The notes under the pieces are model-generated. The model was given only the letters and a program-made list of their open reading frames with translations, ran no database searches and was not told the DNA's origin. Below, in pieces: positions 9,154 through 21,100 of a DNA stretch of 50,474 nt. This DNA comes from Myxococcales bacterium (GTDB lineage: Bacteria > Myxococcota > UBA727 > GCA-2721815), in NCBI GenBank assembly GCA_002721815.1, contig PBLQ01000013.1, positions 1 to 50,474 of the forward strand. Direction: 5' to 3'. A program made the position numbers and the translations under genes. The first letter of the stretch is position 1, and the number at the start of each line of letters is the position of its first letter.

Positions 9154-12100
9154 ATGAGAAGCATTTGGGGTGCCCTGTTGGGCCTTTTCGTTTTTGTTGG
9201 TTGCCAGCCTACCACTCAAGACACGCGGGCAGACACCCGTGCGGCCGTTTCGGGTCGTGTGGTGTTGGCTGACACGCCGGGTGTGAGCGATATGAGTCGC
9301 GTGCGCGTTGAAATCGGTAAAGGAGAGGGGGGCTCCACCCCCGAAGAAGACGGCATGTTTCAAATGACCGATCTCGAACCAGATGTGTACGAAGTGCGTG
9401 TGTTGTACATTGGTGGCCTCACTTCAGACGCCACCGAAAGTGCATACCAAGAGTTCACCCGACGGGTTTTGTTGCAAGAGGGCGGCAATGTGGATTTGGG
9501 CGACATCAAACTCGAAGTGGGCCTTGGGGTGGTCACCGGTGGTTTGGTGCTCACCGATGAGAGCTCTACCGATGGGGCCATCGCCCGTTTGACCAACGAC
9601 ACCCTCGTGCGCGAAGCCCCCGTGGTGGATGGGGTATACACTTTTGCCGATGTGCCCATTGGCACCTACAACCTTCAGGTGGAAAAAGAGGGCTACACCC
9701 TGGCGCAAGAGGGCAGCATGTCTGGCTCGTCTGTCGACGACGAAGAGGGTGGCGAGAGCAACGACGCTGAAGGCACCGAAATGGGCGACCTGGGTTGCAC
9801 CCAAAATACCGTGGTGGGTTTTCACAGTGAGAATGTCGCCGCTGCAGATTTCCGTTTTACCCCCACCAATGTGTCGTTATTGCCCGGCATGGGCGAAATC
9901 CAAACCACGCGTGGCAGCCAATGGATTCTATCCACCGAAACCGAAACCCTCACCGCCAATGTGGTGGGTGGGTTTATCACCCACGCGCGCATGTGGACCG
10001 AAAACGCCACACCAGGGGCTTGGGAACCCTTTGCCAGTGGTGCAGGTTTTGAAATTGCGGTGAGCGATTTGATCGAGGGCAACAATGCCATTTATTTTCA
10101 ATTCGCGGGTTGTCGCTATGAATCACCGGTGACCACCTTAAACGTGTTGCTCGACAAAACCGCGCCTTCCGTTGAATCCTTTGAAGTCCGCGGCCGCACG
10201 CCCGCTGATGACGGTGGGTATTGGATAGCCACCGATGCGGCCACCCTCACGGTGGATTTTCTGGCCGATGATGCCCATTCCTCCATTGCGGGGATTGCGG
10301 TGGTGCACACCCAAGACAACGAAGCACCGGCCTTGGCCGATCTGGTCTTCGATGATGTGTCGGCAGGCGACGGCCTCATGATGGGGTCTCGACAAGTGGG
10401 GCTCACAGGCGGCGATGGTGAAAAGAAAATCTTTCTTTTCTTAAAAGATTTGGCGGGCAACATCACCGAATCGGCTTACGGCGACCTGAGTGTGCATGTG
10501 GATACCGAAGCGCCCGTGCCAGGGTCCTTGCTCATTACCGGCAAAGACGCCGCAGGTGAGGCCAGTACCGACGTGACGGCCACCCAAGAGGTGACCTTGA
10601 CCCTGAGCGCTGAAGGCGCCAGCCATTATCGCGTGGGGTACGATGAAACCTTCGGTGGCCAAGCGTGGAACGATTTTGATGTGAGCAGCCGAAGTTGGAT
10701 GTTGATGCCCGGTGATGGCACCAAAACCGTGTATGTGCAGTACAAAGATGCGGTGGGCAATGTCACTTTGCCCATTAGCGCCAGTATCGTTCTTGACACC
10801 CAACCACCATCATCGACCTTTATCAGTCTCAACGATGGTGATGACTTTACCAACAGCACCGCAGCGACAGCCACCTTGAGCGCCACCGATGCCACCCACA
10901 TGCGTTTGAGCGTTGATGGCCTTTTCGATGAGGAGCCCTGGGTGGCATACGACATCTCCCACGAGGTGACCTTGTTGTCCGAGGAAGGTGAGCAACGGGT
11001 GGATGTGATGTTCCGCGATGCGGCTGGCAATGTGTCCATGGTGAAATCAGATGTCATTTATCTCGATATGACCCCACCAGAATTGAGGTCCATGGACCTG
11101 CTGTCCATTGCAGCCGCCAGTGATGGAACCCTGTGGGTGACCGAAGAAAATGCCACTTTGGCCGTGGATATCATGGCCGATGACGGGGCCAGTGGCGTGT
11201 CCGCCGTGGCTTTGGTGGAGGGCATGACCGAACCCAATGCCAATGACGTGACCTTTAATGCGGTTTTCGCCAGTCCCGGCTTATTCTTAAAAACCGAATA
11301 TGTCACACTGAACACCGCCGAGGGACCCACGAATGTGTATTTGTTCCTCAGAGATGCCGCTGGCAACACGTCGGCCATGGCCGGCAGTTTTGCCCTTCAA
11401 GTGGACGCACAAGCGCCCGTGTTTGGTGACCCTGCCATAACGGTCACCAACAAGTCCGGTACGCAAATATATGCCGACCAGGCGGAACTCCAAATTCAAA
11501 TTGCCGATGAAGAAGACCCTGTGATGATGCGTGTTGGATTGCAGCCGCTTACCTCGGCCACGCAGAAAATTCCTTACCAAAGTGAGGTTGCGGTAGGTCT
11601 ACCCTCCCAGACTGGGCTGCCGGTGGCCTTTGAAGTAGAGGTCTTTGACGCGGCCGGTAATATGACCAGTGCCACCAAAAGTGGTTTCGAGGTAAACCGC
11701 AGCGGCTGGCTGCGCGGGAACATCAGCTTAGAAGCGCGACAGCCCGCCCATGTCACCATGGATACCGTACTCAAACTGTTTGATGCGGGGGCAGACTTGG
11801 CAACGACGCCACGTGACATTGAATACGTGACGCCCAGTGGCGAATTCGAGTTTGCCGAAGTGCCTGAAGGCGCGGGGATGACCCTGGTGGTGGAACGCAT
11901 GGGATATAAAACCCAAACCCTCGCGGTTCCGACGATTCAAAGTGGGCTCACTTCCACTTTGGGTGATGTTGAAATGGAGGTGGCACGGGGCTATCTGAGC
12001 GGGCGTATCATGCTCGAGGATTTGATGGACAGCGAAGAAGAAGGGCACAGCGGAATACGGGTGATGGCCCAACTGGTGAGCAGTGCTACCAGCATGACGG

Positions 12101-15100
12101 TGATGGAAGCTTACACCCAAAATGACGGCACCTTTGATTTTCCTTACCCAGGCCTGCCGGTGAATGTGGAAGGAGAAAGCTACACCATTTTGGCGCAACT
12201 CACCGGGTATTTTGCCGAGAGCTTTGAGGGCCAAAATGTGGTGGAAGGCGATGTCACTGAGATGGAGCCCAGCCGGGGTGAACTGCGACCGGTGTCTGGC
12301 GATTTCGATTTGTGTGACCCTTCAACGTTTGGCGACGGCGACTGTCAGCCTGCTGCCTATACTAACCTTGACGCAGTGGGTGTCCGGCTGAGGGTGCGCG
12401 AAGGAGTGACCCAAATACGAGCCATGGTCGGGGACACGCCTTTTGACCCCGAAGCTGCAGAGCCAGCCTGGGAAGATTACCCCACCAATGCGGTACCACA
12501 GGTGGACATACAAAGCGTGGCGGAAGGTATGATCAAAGTCTTTGTTCAAGTCAAAGATGCTGCGGGTAACGCTGGCTTGGTGATGAACAGCCAAATCCTA
12601 GTTGACCGCACCGCGCCCCAAATGCGGGCGCTCACCCTTAATAAATCGGAAGATGCGCTGCGCAGTGACGTGACCAAAGAAAAAGCGGTCAATGTGACGG
12701 CTGAAGCGGAGCTTGAAACAGCGGATTATGCCGCACCTTTGGCTCGGTTTGAAATGGCTTTTTCGGACGAAAGTGCGCCGGATGATGCGAGTCCATTTGA
12801 TGGCTCCGTTCGTAACTGTCCCATTAACAGTGCCTGCGAGGTTTCTTTGCCTCGCTCCATCGGCGATTCGGTGGAAGAAAAACGCCACGTCCTCAACGCA
12901 CGGGTTTGTGACAAAGCGGGCAATTGCTCCGCGGAGTTCGAAACTGCGGCGGTCCTTTACGATAACACACCGCCCTGGATTCAGTCGGGGACGTATGTGT
13001 TGAACCCCGAAGACGCGCAAATGCACGATGGCGTGCACTATGCGCGAACCAATCTTTACTCGATTTTGCTCAACACCGGGACGTCGATCAATACGGCTGA
13101 AGCAGAAATGATGGACCCTGCCTACGAGAGTGACGATATTGACGCGGTGGCTTTGGCCGATATCTACGGTTGGCGTTTGGGTTTTGAGTCCAACCTCATT
13201 GGTGAAGAGTGGCAAACCTTTGATTCAACGCCCCAAGCCGATTATCAAGTGTCGGTGCGCGGCTTGGGCTTGCCCTTTGGATCAACCGAAGAAGAAGTCT
13301 TTATGCAATTTCGAGATGCTGCCGGTAACGTGACCAGTGTGCCCAGCGATTACGCTTTCACGGTGGCACTGGACACCGAAGCCCCGGCGGCCTCCTTTGT
13401 GCTGAATGAGGGTGCAAAATACATTGTGCAGCCGCCCCCCAATCCCTTAGTGAGCCTCATCCCGATTACCTCAGTCGATCTGGGCTTTACCACCACCAGT
13501 AACGATATTTCTGAGGTCCAAGTGAGCCTGACCGGGCTCTTCGACGACACCCAAACCTTTCCATTTTCGGCCTCGGGTATTTCAGTGGATTTGGCACACA
13601 ATGTCATGGTCGAAGATGGCGAACACCATGTCTATGTGCGGTTGGAGGATTGGGCCGGTAACATCACCGAACGCTCCGACAGCATCATTTTAGACCGCGC
13701 GCCCCCCGACATGGGGGCCGTCAGTGTTGATGACGGCAGTGGCTACATGTTGAATTACAACGCTCAAGTGACGGTGAACTGTTACGATGCGCTGGCCAAC
13801 GATGGTGAGTTGCTTTTAGATGTTTCGGTGGACGGTGAAGGTGGACCGGCGCCCGAAGGAACGGGCTACAACGGCCGCTACGGTAACTTAATTGAGTTGA
13901 GTGTGGGCGAAACCCAAGAAGTGAAAACCTTAAACGTGACCTGTACGGACCCTGCTGGCAACAACAGCGAAGTCGTTTCCATACAAGCCACCCTCGATAG
14001 CGAGGCGCCCACCTTTGCCGCGGCCCCCGAGCTGCACCATGGCCTCAACGAGACCAACAACCCCTTGGTCTCGGTGAAGGTTCAGGTGAGCGATGGTGTC
14101 AGCGGGCTGGACATGCTGGCTTTCTCCGAAGCCGACAGTTGCGATAACGTGGCTTTTGTGGAGCCACCGCCAGTACCAAGTTTCTGCGCCAACGACAGTT
14201 CAGAAGAATGCACCTCCGATTCGGATTGTTGTACGGACGATGATGGCGCTGACTGTTTTTGTAACGTCATGGATTTTCGGTACTTGTTGTCTCCGAACGA
14301 TGGCCTCAAACAGGTCTACGTTTGTGCACGGGATATGGCCGGCAACGTTTCAACACCTCGGGAAACCAACACGGTCCTGCTCGACACGAACCCACCCACG
14401 AACCCAGCTTTAAGTTTAACGGGGGGTGAATGGCAGACCAGCAGCTTGACCACGGCGAATTTGTCAGCGGTGGGTGCCTCTCACATGCTGATCGAAGGCG
14501 ATGTGGAAGAAGGCCCGAATACATTTGATTGGATTGACTACGCCACGTCGGTTCCGAATCTAGAACTTTCAGCCGGTGATGGTTTAAAAATCGTACGCGC
14601 CAAATTTAAAGATGAGGCCGGTAACATCACCGATGCGGTGAGTGCCCAAACGAGCGTTGATGAGACCCCACCGGTGGTGAACAGTGCCTCTTGCAGTTCT
14701 TGTCAAACCGTTGAAGGGCAGTTGTATGCGCCAGAGCGTACCATTGCCTTTGATGTCCTGGGCTCTGATGAGGGCGGCTCGGGGGTTGAATGGGTGAAGA
14801 TCAGCTTGGCCGATGGAAGTGCTGAGGCAACCATCTCGTATGGGAACGTGCTTGAATACACTTTGCCAAACAGTGGCACGAGTTTCGATCTGGTGGTTTG
14901 GCTCGTTGATTACGCGGGGAACACCTCCGATGGGAGCGACGATGCGTATAAACAGGAGTTCAATATCCAGCTCGACGATGCGCCGCCTGTGATTCATAGC
15001 TTTTTGGTTACTTCCGCTGCATCGGGCTATGTGACCGATCCTCAACTGGAGATTAAATTGGAAGTCTCTGATGATACGGCGTTCTACCGAATCTCAAATA

Positions 15101-18100
15101 CAGGTGCCTTTACCGGTGAACCGGTGGTGTTTGTCAACGAAAACGATACCAACGGGTACCCTTACGTGTCTTTGCTGCATACGGTGCAAGCGCCTACGGA
15201 AGACGAATCCAAAACGGTCTATGTAGAGGTGGGGGACAATGCAGGAAACACGGCACAGCAATCGGTATCAGTGATTCTTGATACCACCATCCCTGTAGGA
15301 ACCATCGAACTGGCTGGCGGTGCCGACTATGCCACTGTCAACAGGGTGGATGTGGTGTTAACCTATCCCGCTGATGCCACCCATTATGCGGTGCAAAATG
15401 GCCTCATGGATTGTACCACGCAGGACCTCTCCAGCTTTAATTCTGTGGCTACATCGCCACAATCCCTTGAAGACCATCACCTTGGATACGGCGATGGCAC
15501 TAAAACGGTTTCGGTGTGTTACGTGGATGCCGCGGGCAATGTGGCAGGAGCGTCTGACAATATTATTTTGGATACGCAAGGCCCCACTGTTTCGATGGTG
15601 ATCGAAAACGATGCCGCCTACACCCAAACCCGCACCGTCAATTTAAATTTAACGAAGGACGAGGAGATCGATAAAATTGTAATTCTCAACGAAGGCCCGG
15701 GCTGTGATTCTTTAGATTTCGATAATGACGGGGTGGGGTATGAGGATACCAAAGGGCATACGCTTTCAGAGGGTGATGGCACCAAAGAGGTGTTGGTGTG
15801 TTTTAGGGATTTGTCGGGGCAGGTGACAGGGGCCACAGATACCATCGAACTCGACAGCTTGGACCCCAATTCGACATTGACAATCAACGATGATGTGCCG
15901 TACACCAACCAGCGCAGTGTGGCTTTGACCATGGGGCCCAACACGCCAGGGGCGGCAGATTTTACCGATATTGTCAGCATGGCGGTAGATGCTGCCGATT
16001 GTGACACCGCCACCTACACCCCCTTTGTGACCTCTCTGACGTGGCTGCTTGGTGAAACCGAAGGGGACCACACCTTGGAGGTTTGTCTGAAAGACGCTTC
16101 TGGCCGCACCGCCAAAACGCCGGCTGCCACGGTTCATCTGGATACCATTTCACCGGTGCCCACAGTGCTCATTGAAAATGATGATGCGTATACCACGTTC
16201 AAGAAAGCCACCGTCTCTTTTACCTTCCCCGATGATGCCACGCACTACCATGCCGCAGGGGGGGCAGTGAATTGTGAGAATGTCAGCATCACAGATCAAG
16301 TGCCTGCTGACGTTAGTTCGGTCACATTGTCTAACTTTGATTTGCCCAATGCAGAGAATGAAGGCGAGAAAATGGTGACGGTTTGTCTGAAAGACAACTC
16401 TGGCTTGATAGGCTCGTCATTTGACACCATTTATTTCGATAACAACGCACCGACCGTATCGGTGACCATTAACAATGGGGACACTTACAGCCGCTCCACC
16501 AGTGTGGACCTCACCTTGAGTGCTTCTGAGAACATTGCCGCCATTGCTATCGGTGATAAAATGCTCGATTGTAACTCTGAGAGTACCGATTACAGTGTGT
16601 ACGATTACGATGTGTCCATCCCCAATTACGACTTGGGCTCCGCGCAGGGCGAGCGACAGGTGAAGGTGTGTTTTCGGGATGATGCCGGAAACCTTTCATC
16701 GGATGTAGGTTTAATTATTGTGGATACCCTTAACCCGGCCGCGACCCTCAAAATCGGCGATGACGCTGACTACGCCACCCAACGCCAAGTCTCTTTAAGC
16801 CTGTTGGCGGTGGAGGGCGAAACCAACAAGTTCGACGATATCAAATCCATGGCCGTGGCCAACGCTGTTTCGTTGGACTGCGACACTGCCGTGTACCTGC
16901 CATTCACCGCCACCCAAGAACACTTGTTGTCCGATGGGGACGGAGAAAAACAAGTGGTGATTTGCCTGAAAGACCATGCCGGGAACTTTGCATCAATTGG
17001 TCCCGCTGTCATTGAATTGGATACCCAAATCCCCAACGGCGCCATCGAATTGGCAGGCGGCATTGAATTTTTGGGACACGAGTCTTCGGGGGCCCCTCGA
17101 ATCGAGGGGACGCTGACTTTCCCAGACGATACGCTGAAGTACCGAGTGCAGAACGGGTACATGGACTGCACGGCTTCAACGATGGTTGATTTACCTGATA
17201 ACCACGGCGGTACATACACGGTGGAAAACCATTCGTTGTCCAGCGGGGAAGGCGAGAAATTGGTGACGGCCTGCTTTGAAGACGCAGCGGGACTGATGGC
17301 CAGTGCTTCAGCTGCTATCTATGTTGATCAAAGCCCCCCCAATGGCACCATTGTTCTCAACAGTGGCGCTTTAGTGACCGATGATGCAAATTTATCGGTG
17401 ACCATGAGCCCGCCGGCCGATGTGACCCACTATGCCATCGGTGAAGGGTTGGATTGCGATGGCAATGTGAGTTTTATCGCTTACGATGGCGAGAGTATGA
17501 CGGATTACCTCGTGGACCCGGCCATCAGCGGTTTATATACCATTGATGTTTGTTTTAAAGACAGGGCTGGCCTTACCGCAAAGACCACCGCCTCCATCAT
17601 ACTCGATGTGGACGCACCGGTGGTGAACAGTGTGACCATCACAGATGCAGACGGCAATGCCATCGATTACGCCAAAGGGGTGAACGTCTATGTCCAAGTC
17701 AACATCACCGATTTGCCTGACCTCACGGGAGACAGTGGGTCTGATGGAGATCCAGGTGGCGGGAGCGGTACTGGTGGCGGCGGCGGCGGCTCGGGAGGAC
17801 CGGACACCGAAACAACCTTAGATGTACCCAATCTTGAAATGATGATTTCTGAAGACGCTGGTTTTGCCAATGCCGAATGGGTCACTTTCAAGGCATTCAA
17901 ACCATTTACGTTTTCCACCGCCAATGGGCCCAAAAATGTATATGTGAAGGTTCGTGACGGTGCTGAGCAAGAGAGTAACGTTGCGTCAGATGCCGAGGGT
18001 GTGATCTTGGACACTGAGTCGCCCACCATTACCAGTGCGACATTCATTGAATCCAGTCCCAATGCCTTGCCAGGCCGTGTCAACCCAACAGACCTCGCAG

Positions 18101-21100
18101 AAGATACGGAGTTTTGTCCAGGGGGTAATGCCTCGACCGATCCCAAGAAACGGTTTTTGTCCATTGAGCTTGAGACCAATGATAACTTGGCGGGGAGCTT
18201 GACCGCGAGCGTGGGTTTGGGCAGCTCTTGCGGGGACAACTATTCCCCCTTGTCAGGAAATACGGTCACCGTTGAAGTGGGCTGTGAAGATGATGGCATC
18301 CACTGGGTGGGCATCTGTGTCAAAGACGCGGCCGGCAACAGGTACACTCATCCGTCAATCATGCTGATCCTAGACCGCCAGGCGCCAGAACAAGTGAGTA
18401 ACGTGACTGCGGTGGGCGGGAGCCGTCAGGCGATGATCGATTGGCAAGAAGCCGCAGATCTGGGGGATTCTGGAATACAGGGTTATGAAATTAGATATGC
18501 AAGTTTTGCAGAGCTCGACGGCGTGGGGACCGTCAGTGTTGGGGACATCACCTCTTACAGTCTCACGGGACTCCAAGATCGGGCCACATACTATTTTCAA
18601 GCAGCGGCAAGAGATGCTGCGGGCAACCTCGGCGAATTCTCGGCCATGAAGAGTTTTACCACCGGATTCGCACAAACCGTGCCGCGTTCTGATGTGACTG
18701 ACGCCATTATCGCTGATCCAGATCGCCGCTTTGCTCAGGCAACGGTCTTTGAGGCCATGGGCCAGTTGTACGTGTTTAGCTATCCCACTTACGAGGCAAA
18801 CCCCATTTTGAAAGTTAAAACCTGTGCCTACCGGACAGACAACTGTCGCGACCCTCAGCAGTGGACCGAGTTTGACCTGATTTTAGGTGACATTGATAGG
18901 GAAACCACTTGCGTCGCTGATGATGAATGTGGCGGTGGTCGGTGCCACGAGGGATTTTGCTACCAAAATGTTTGGTCGTTTGGTGCAGAAAATGTCCGTG
19001 CTTTGGCCACTTCCTATCGCATATATATCGCGGCAATGACCAATAAAGGGCCGGCGTTGTTCACCTGCGACAGAGGTTGTACGGCCGCGGCCACACAATC
19101 TGCCGATGGTTTAGGTTTTTCGCTCACATATTTGGAACGGAACAATGAAGATGGTTGCAGGATTGATCAAGGTGGCGCCAGCTGGCGTAGCATTGATATC
19201 GCTGAGACCACGGCCGGTATTCACGTGGCCTATAATGCGACTGAAGGAGACATTTGCGTCGCCAGTTGCGGGAAGGCGTATGAGGCCGTTCCAAACACGG
19301 GTATGGACGTTGGGCCGGGGTGCCAACTCAACCAAAACTGGTTTCACGTCAATGTGAGCGATGTTGATTCTAAGCCTGCATTTGACCTTGCTGACCGCGG
19401 ACCTTTAGACTTGGAGGCCTGGGATGACAGGATTGTGCTGGCCTACGAGTCAGAAAATGAGGGGATCGAAGTCATCTCTTGCTATACCGGGTCTGGGTGT
19501 ATCAATTCGGGGAATTCTACGGGCTGGGATCGGTTTGACGCCAATGCCACTTCAATGACTTTTGCGCCTCTCAATCCGGCCGGAATCGAGTACAATTCGC
19601 CTCGTATCATCTTAACCCAAGACTATATTTATACCCTTTGGCGTAAAATCGGGAGTTATTCCACCACCAAAATCAACCGGTGCGCTCGCGACGCTTGGAT
19701 TGCCGATAATGACGCATGTTATCCCGCCGACAATGAAGATGGAACTCAAGGTTCCTTCACCCAGTTGTGGGGACAGATCGAAGGCGGTGAAATGCTGAGC
19801 TTGTTCAAGGGCGCAGGTGCCTTACACCAGGTTTGGTGGAACAAATCGCAATCTCGCGTGAAATACGCGGTTTGCGAAAACCCCAACGCGACCGATTGCA
19901 GTGATGGGGATAATTGGGATCGTGTTGTTCTTGCCAATGAAGTGCCCAGTCGCACCATCCCTCACGTGGTCCAATATGGACAGAATGTGCTGGCATCTTG
20001 GATCGATGCCAACGCACACGTTCACCTGGCCTTGCCCATGGTCCCTGCACCCGATGGTTTTGTGGTCTGGCCCAGTGCGCAATCCTTACGTGCGAGTTGG
20101 AACCCCGTCAGTTACGTCGATGGTTATGACCTGTGGTACCAGAATGCCAGGGCTTATGGGGCGTCTTTAGACACCAACCTTTGGGAACAACGCATTCCGT
20201 TAAACGATGCTTTCGTGAATGAAGTGAGTATGTCTTTGGATACAGGCGCGTCTGACGAGCTTATGACCTACAACACGTGTATCCGTGCCTACGGTAATTC
20301 AGGCGAAGAATCTTCGGATGGTGATATGTATCAGGTGACCGCTTTCGTTGAGGAAACGCTTTCCAGTGACATCCCCGGGAATTTCTCTAGCAGAACCTGT
20401 GCCGCTGACAACACTTGCAGCAATTATGGGGCTGATGGTTGGGGGAGTAACGTGGGGTATGCGTACACCATCAACAATGATGGGGTGTATGTGGCGCTTC
20501 AGGGGCGCCCTGAAGTACGGTTGGCCCTCCCGAATGATGCCACTGCCGGTATTTTAGATGTGCTACTGACGCCCCAATCGTCAACCCGTTTGGGTGATTA
20601 TGATAACGGTTACTTTTTTGTGGTGACTGGCATCAACCATCGGAACGCGATACCCGAAACCATCGTCATGAATGTCTGCCAGTTTAATTTGGGGCAAGGC
20701 AGAGATTGTTCTTTTTCGGACGCATGGCATTCTTACGAGGTCGTCGATAACGATACCTCAAATTTGGGCAATGCTAATGATGGTAAAACCACCGCGCAGT
20801 TGGTTCATGATGGTGCCGATCGGGTATTCTTGGCCTACCGCATGAGTGACCGTGATCAAGCTACGGCCAACAAAGTGGCTTTTGTCTCCTGCTTTTTAAC
20901 GACCTACGCTAACGGTGAAACCACCGGTTGTACGGAGGAGAGTCAATGGCTCGATTATACCTTCGGGGGTCCCCATTGGAAGGGCATGAAAACCATCCCC
21001 GGGCGCTTCAGTATTGCCGCGGGCCAAACCCAAATCACCAATCAATCCGGTGCTGTGGAAGACAAGGGGGTCGTTTTTCTGAGTTACCACCGGCAAGACA

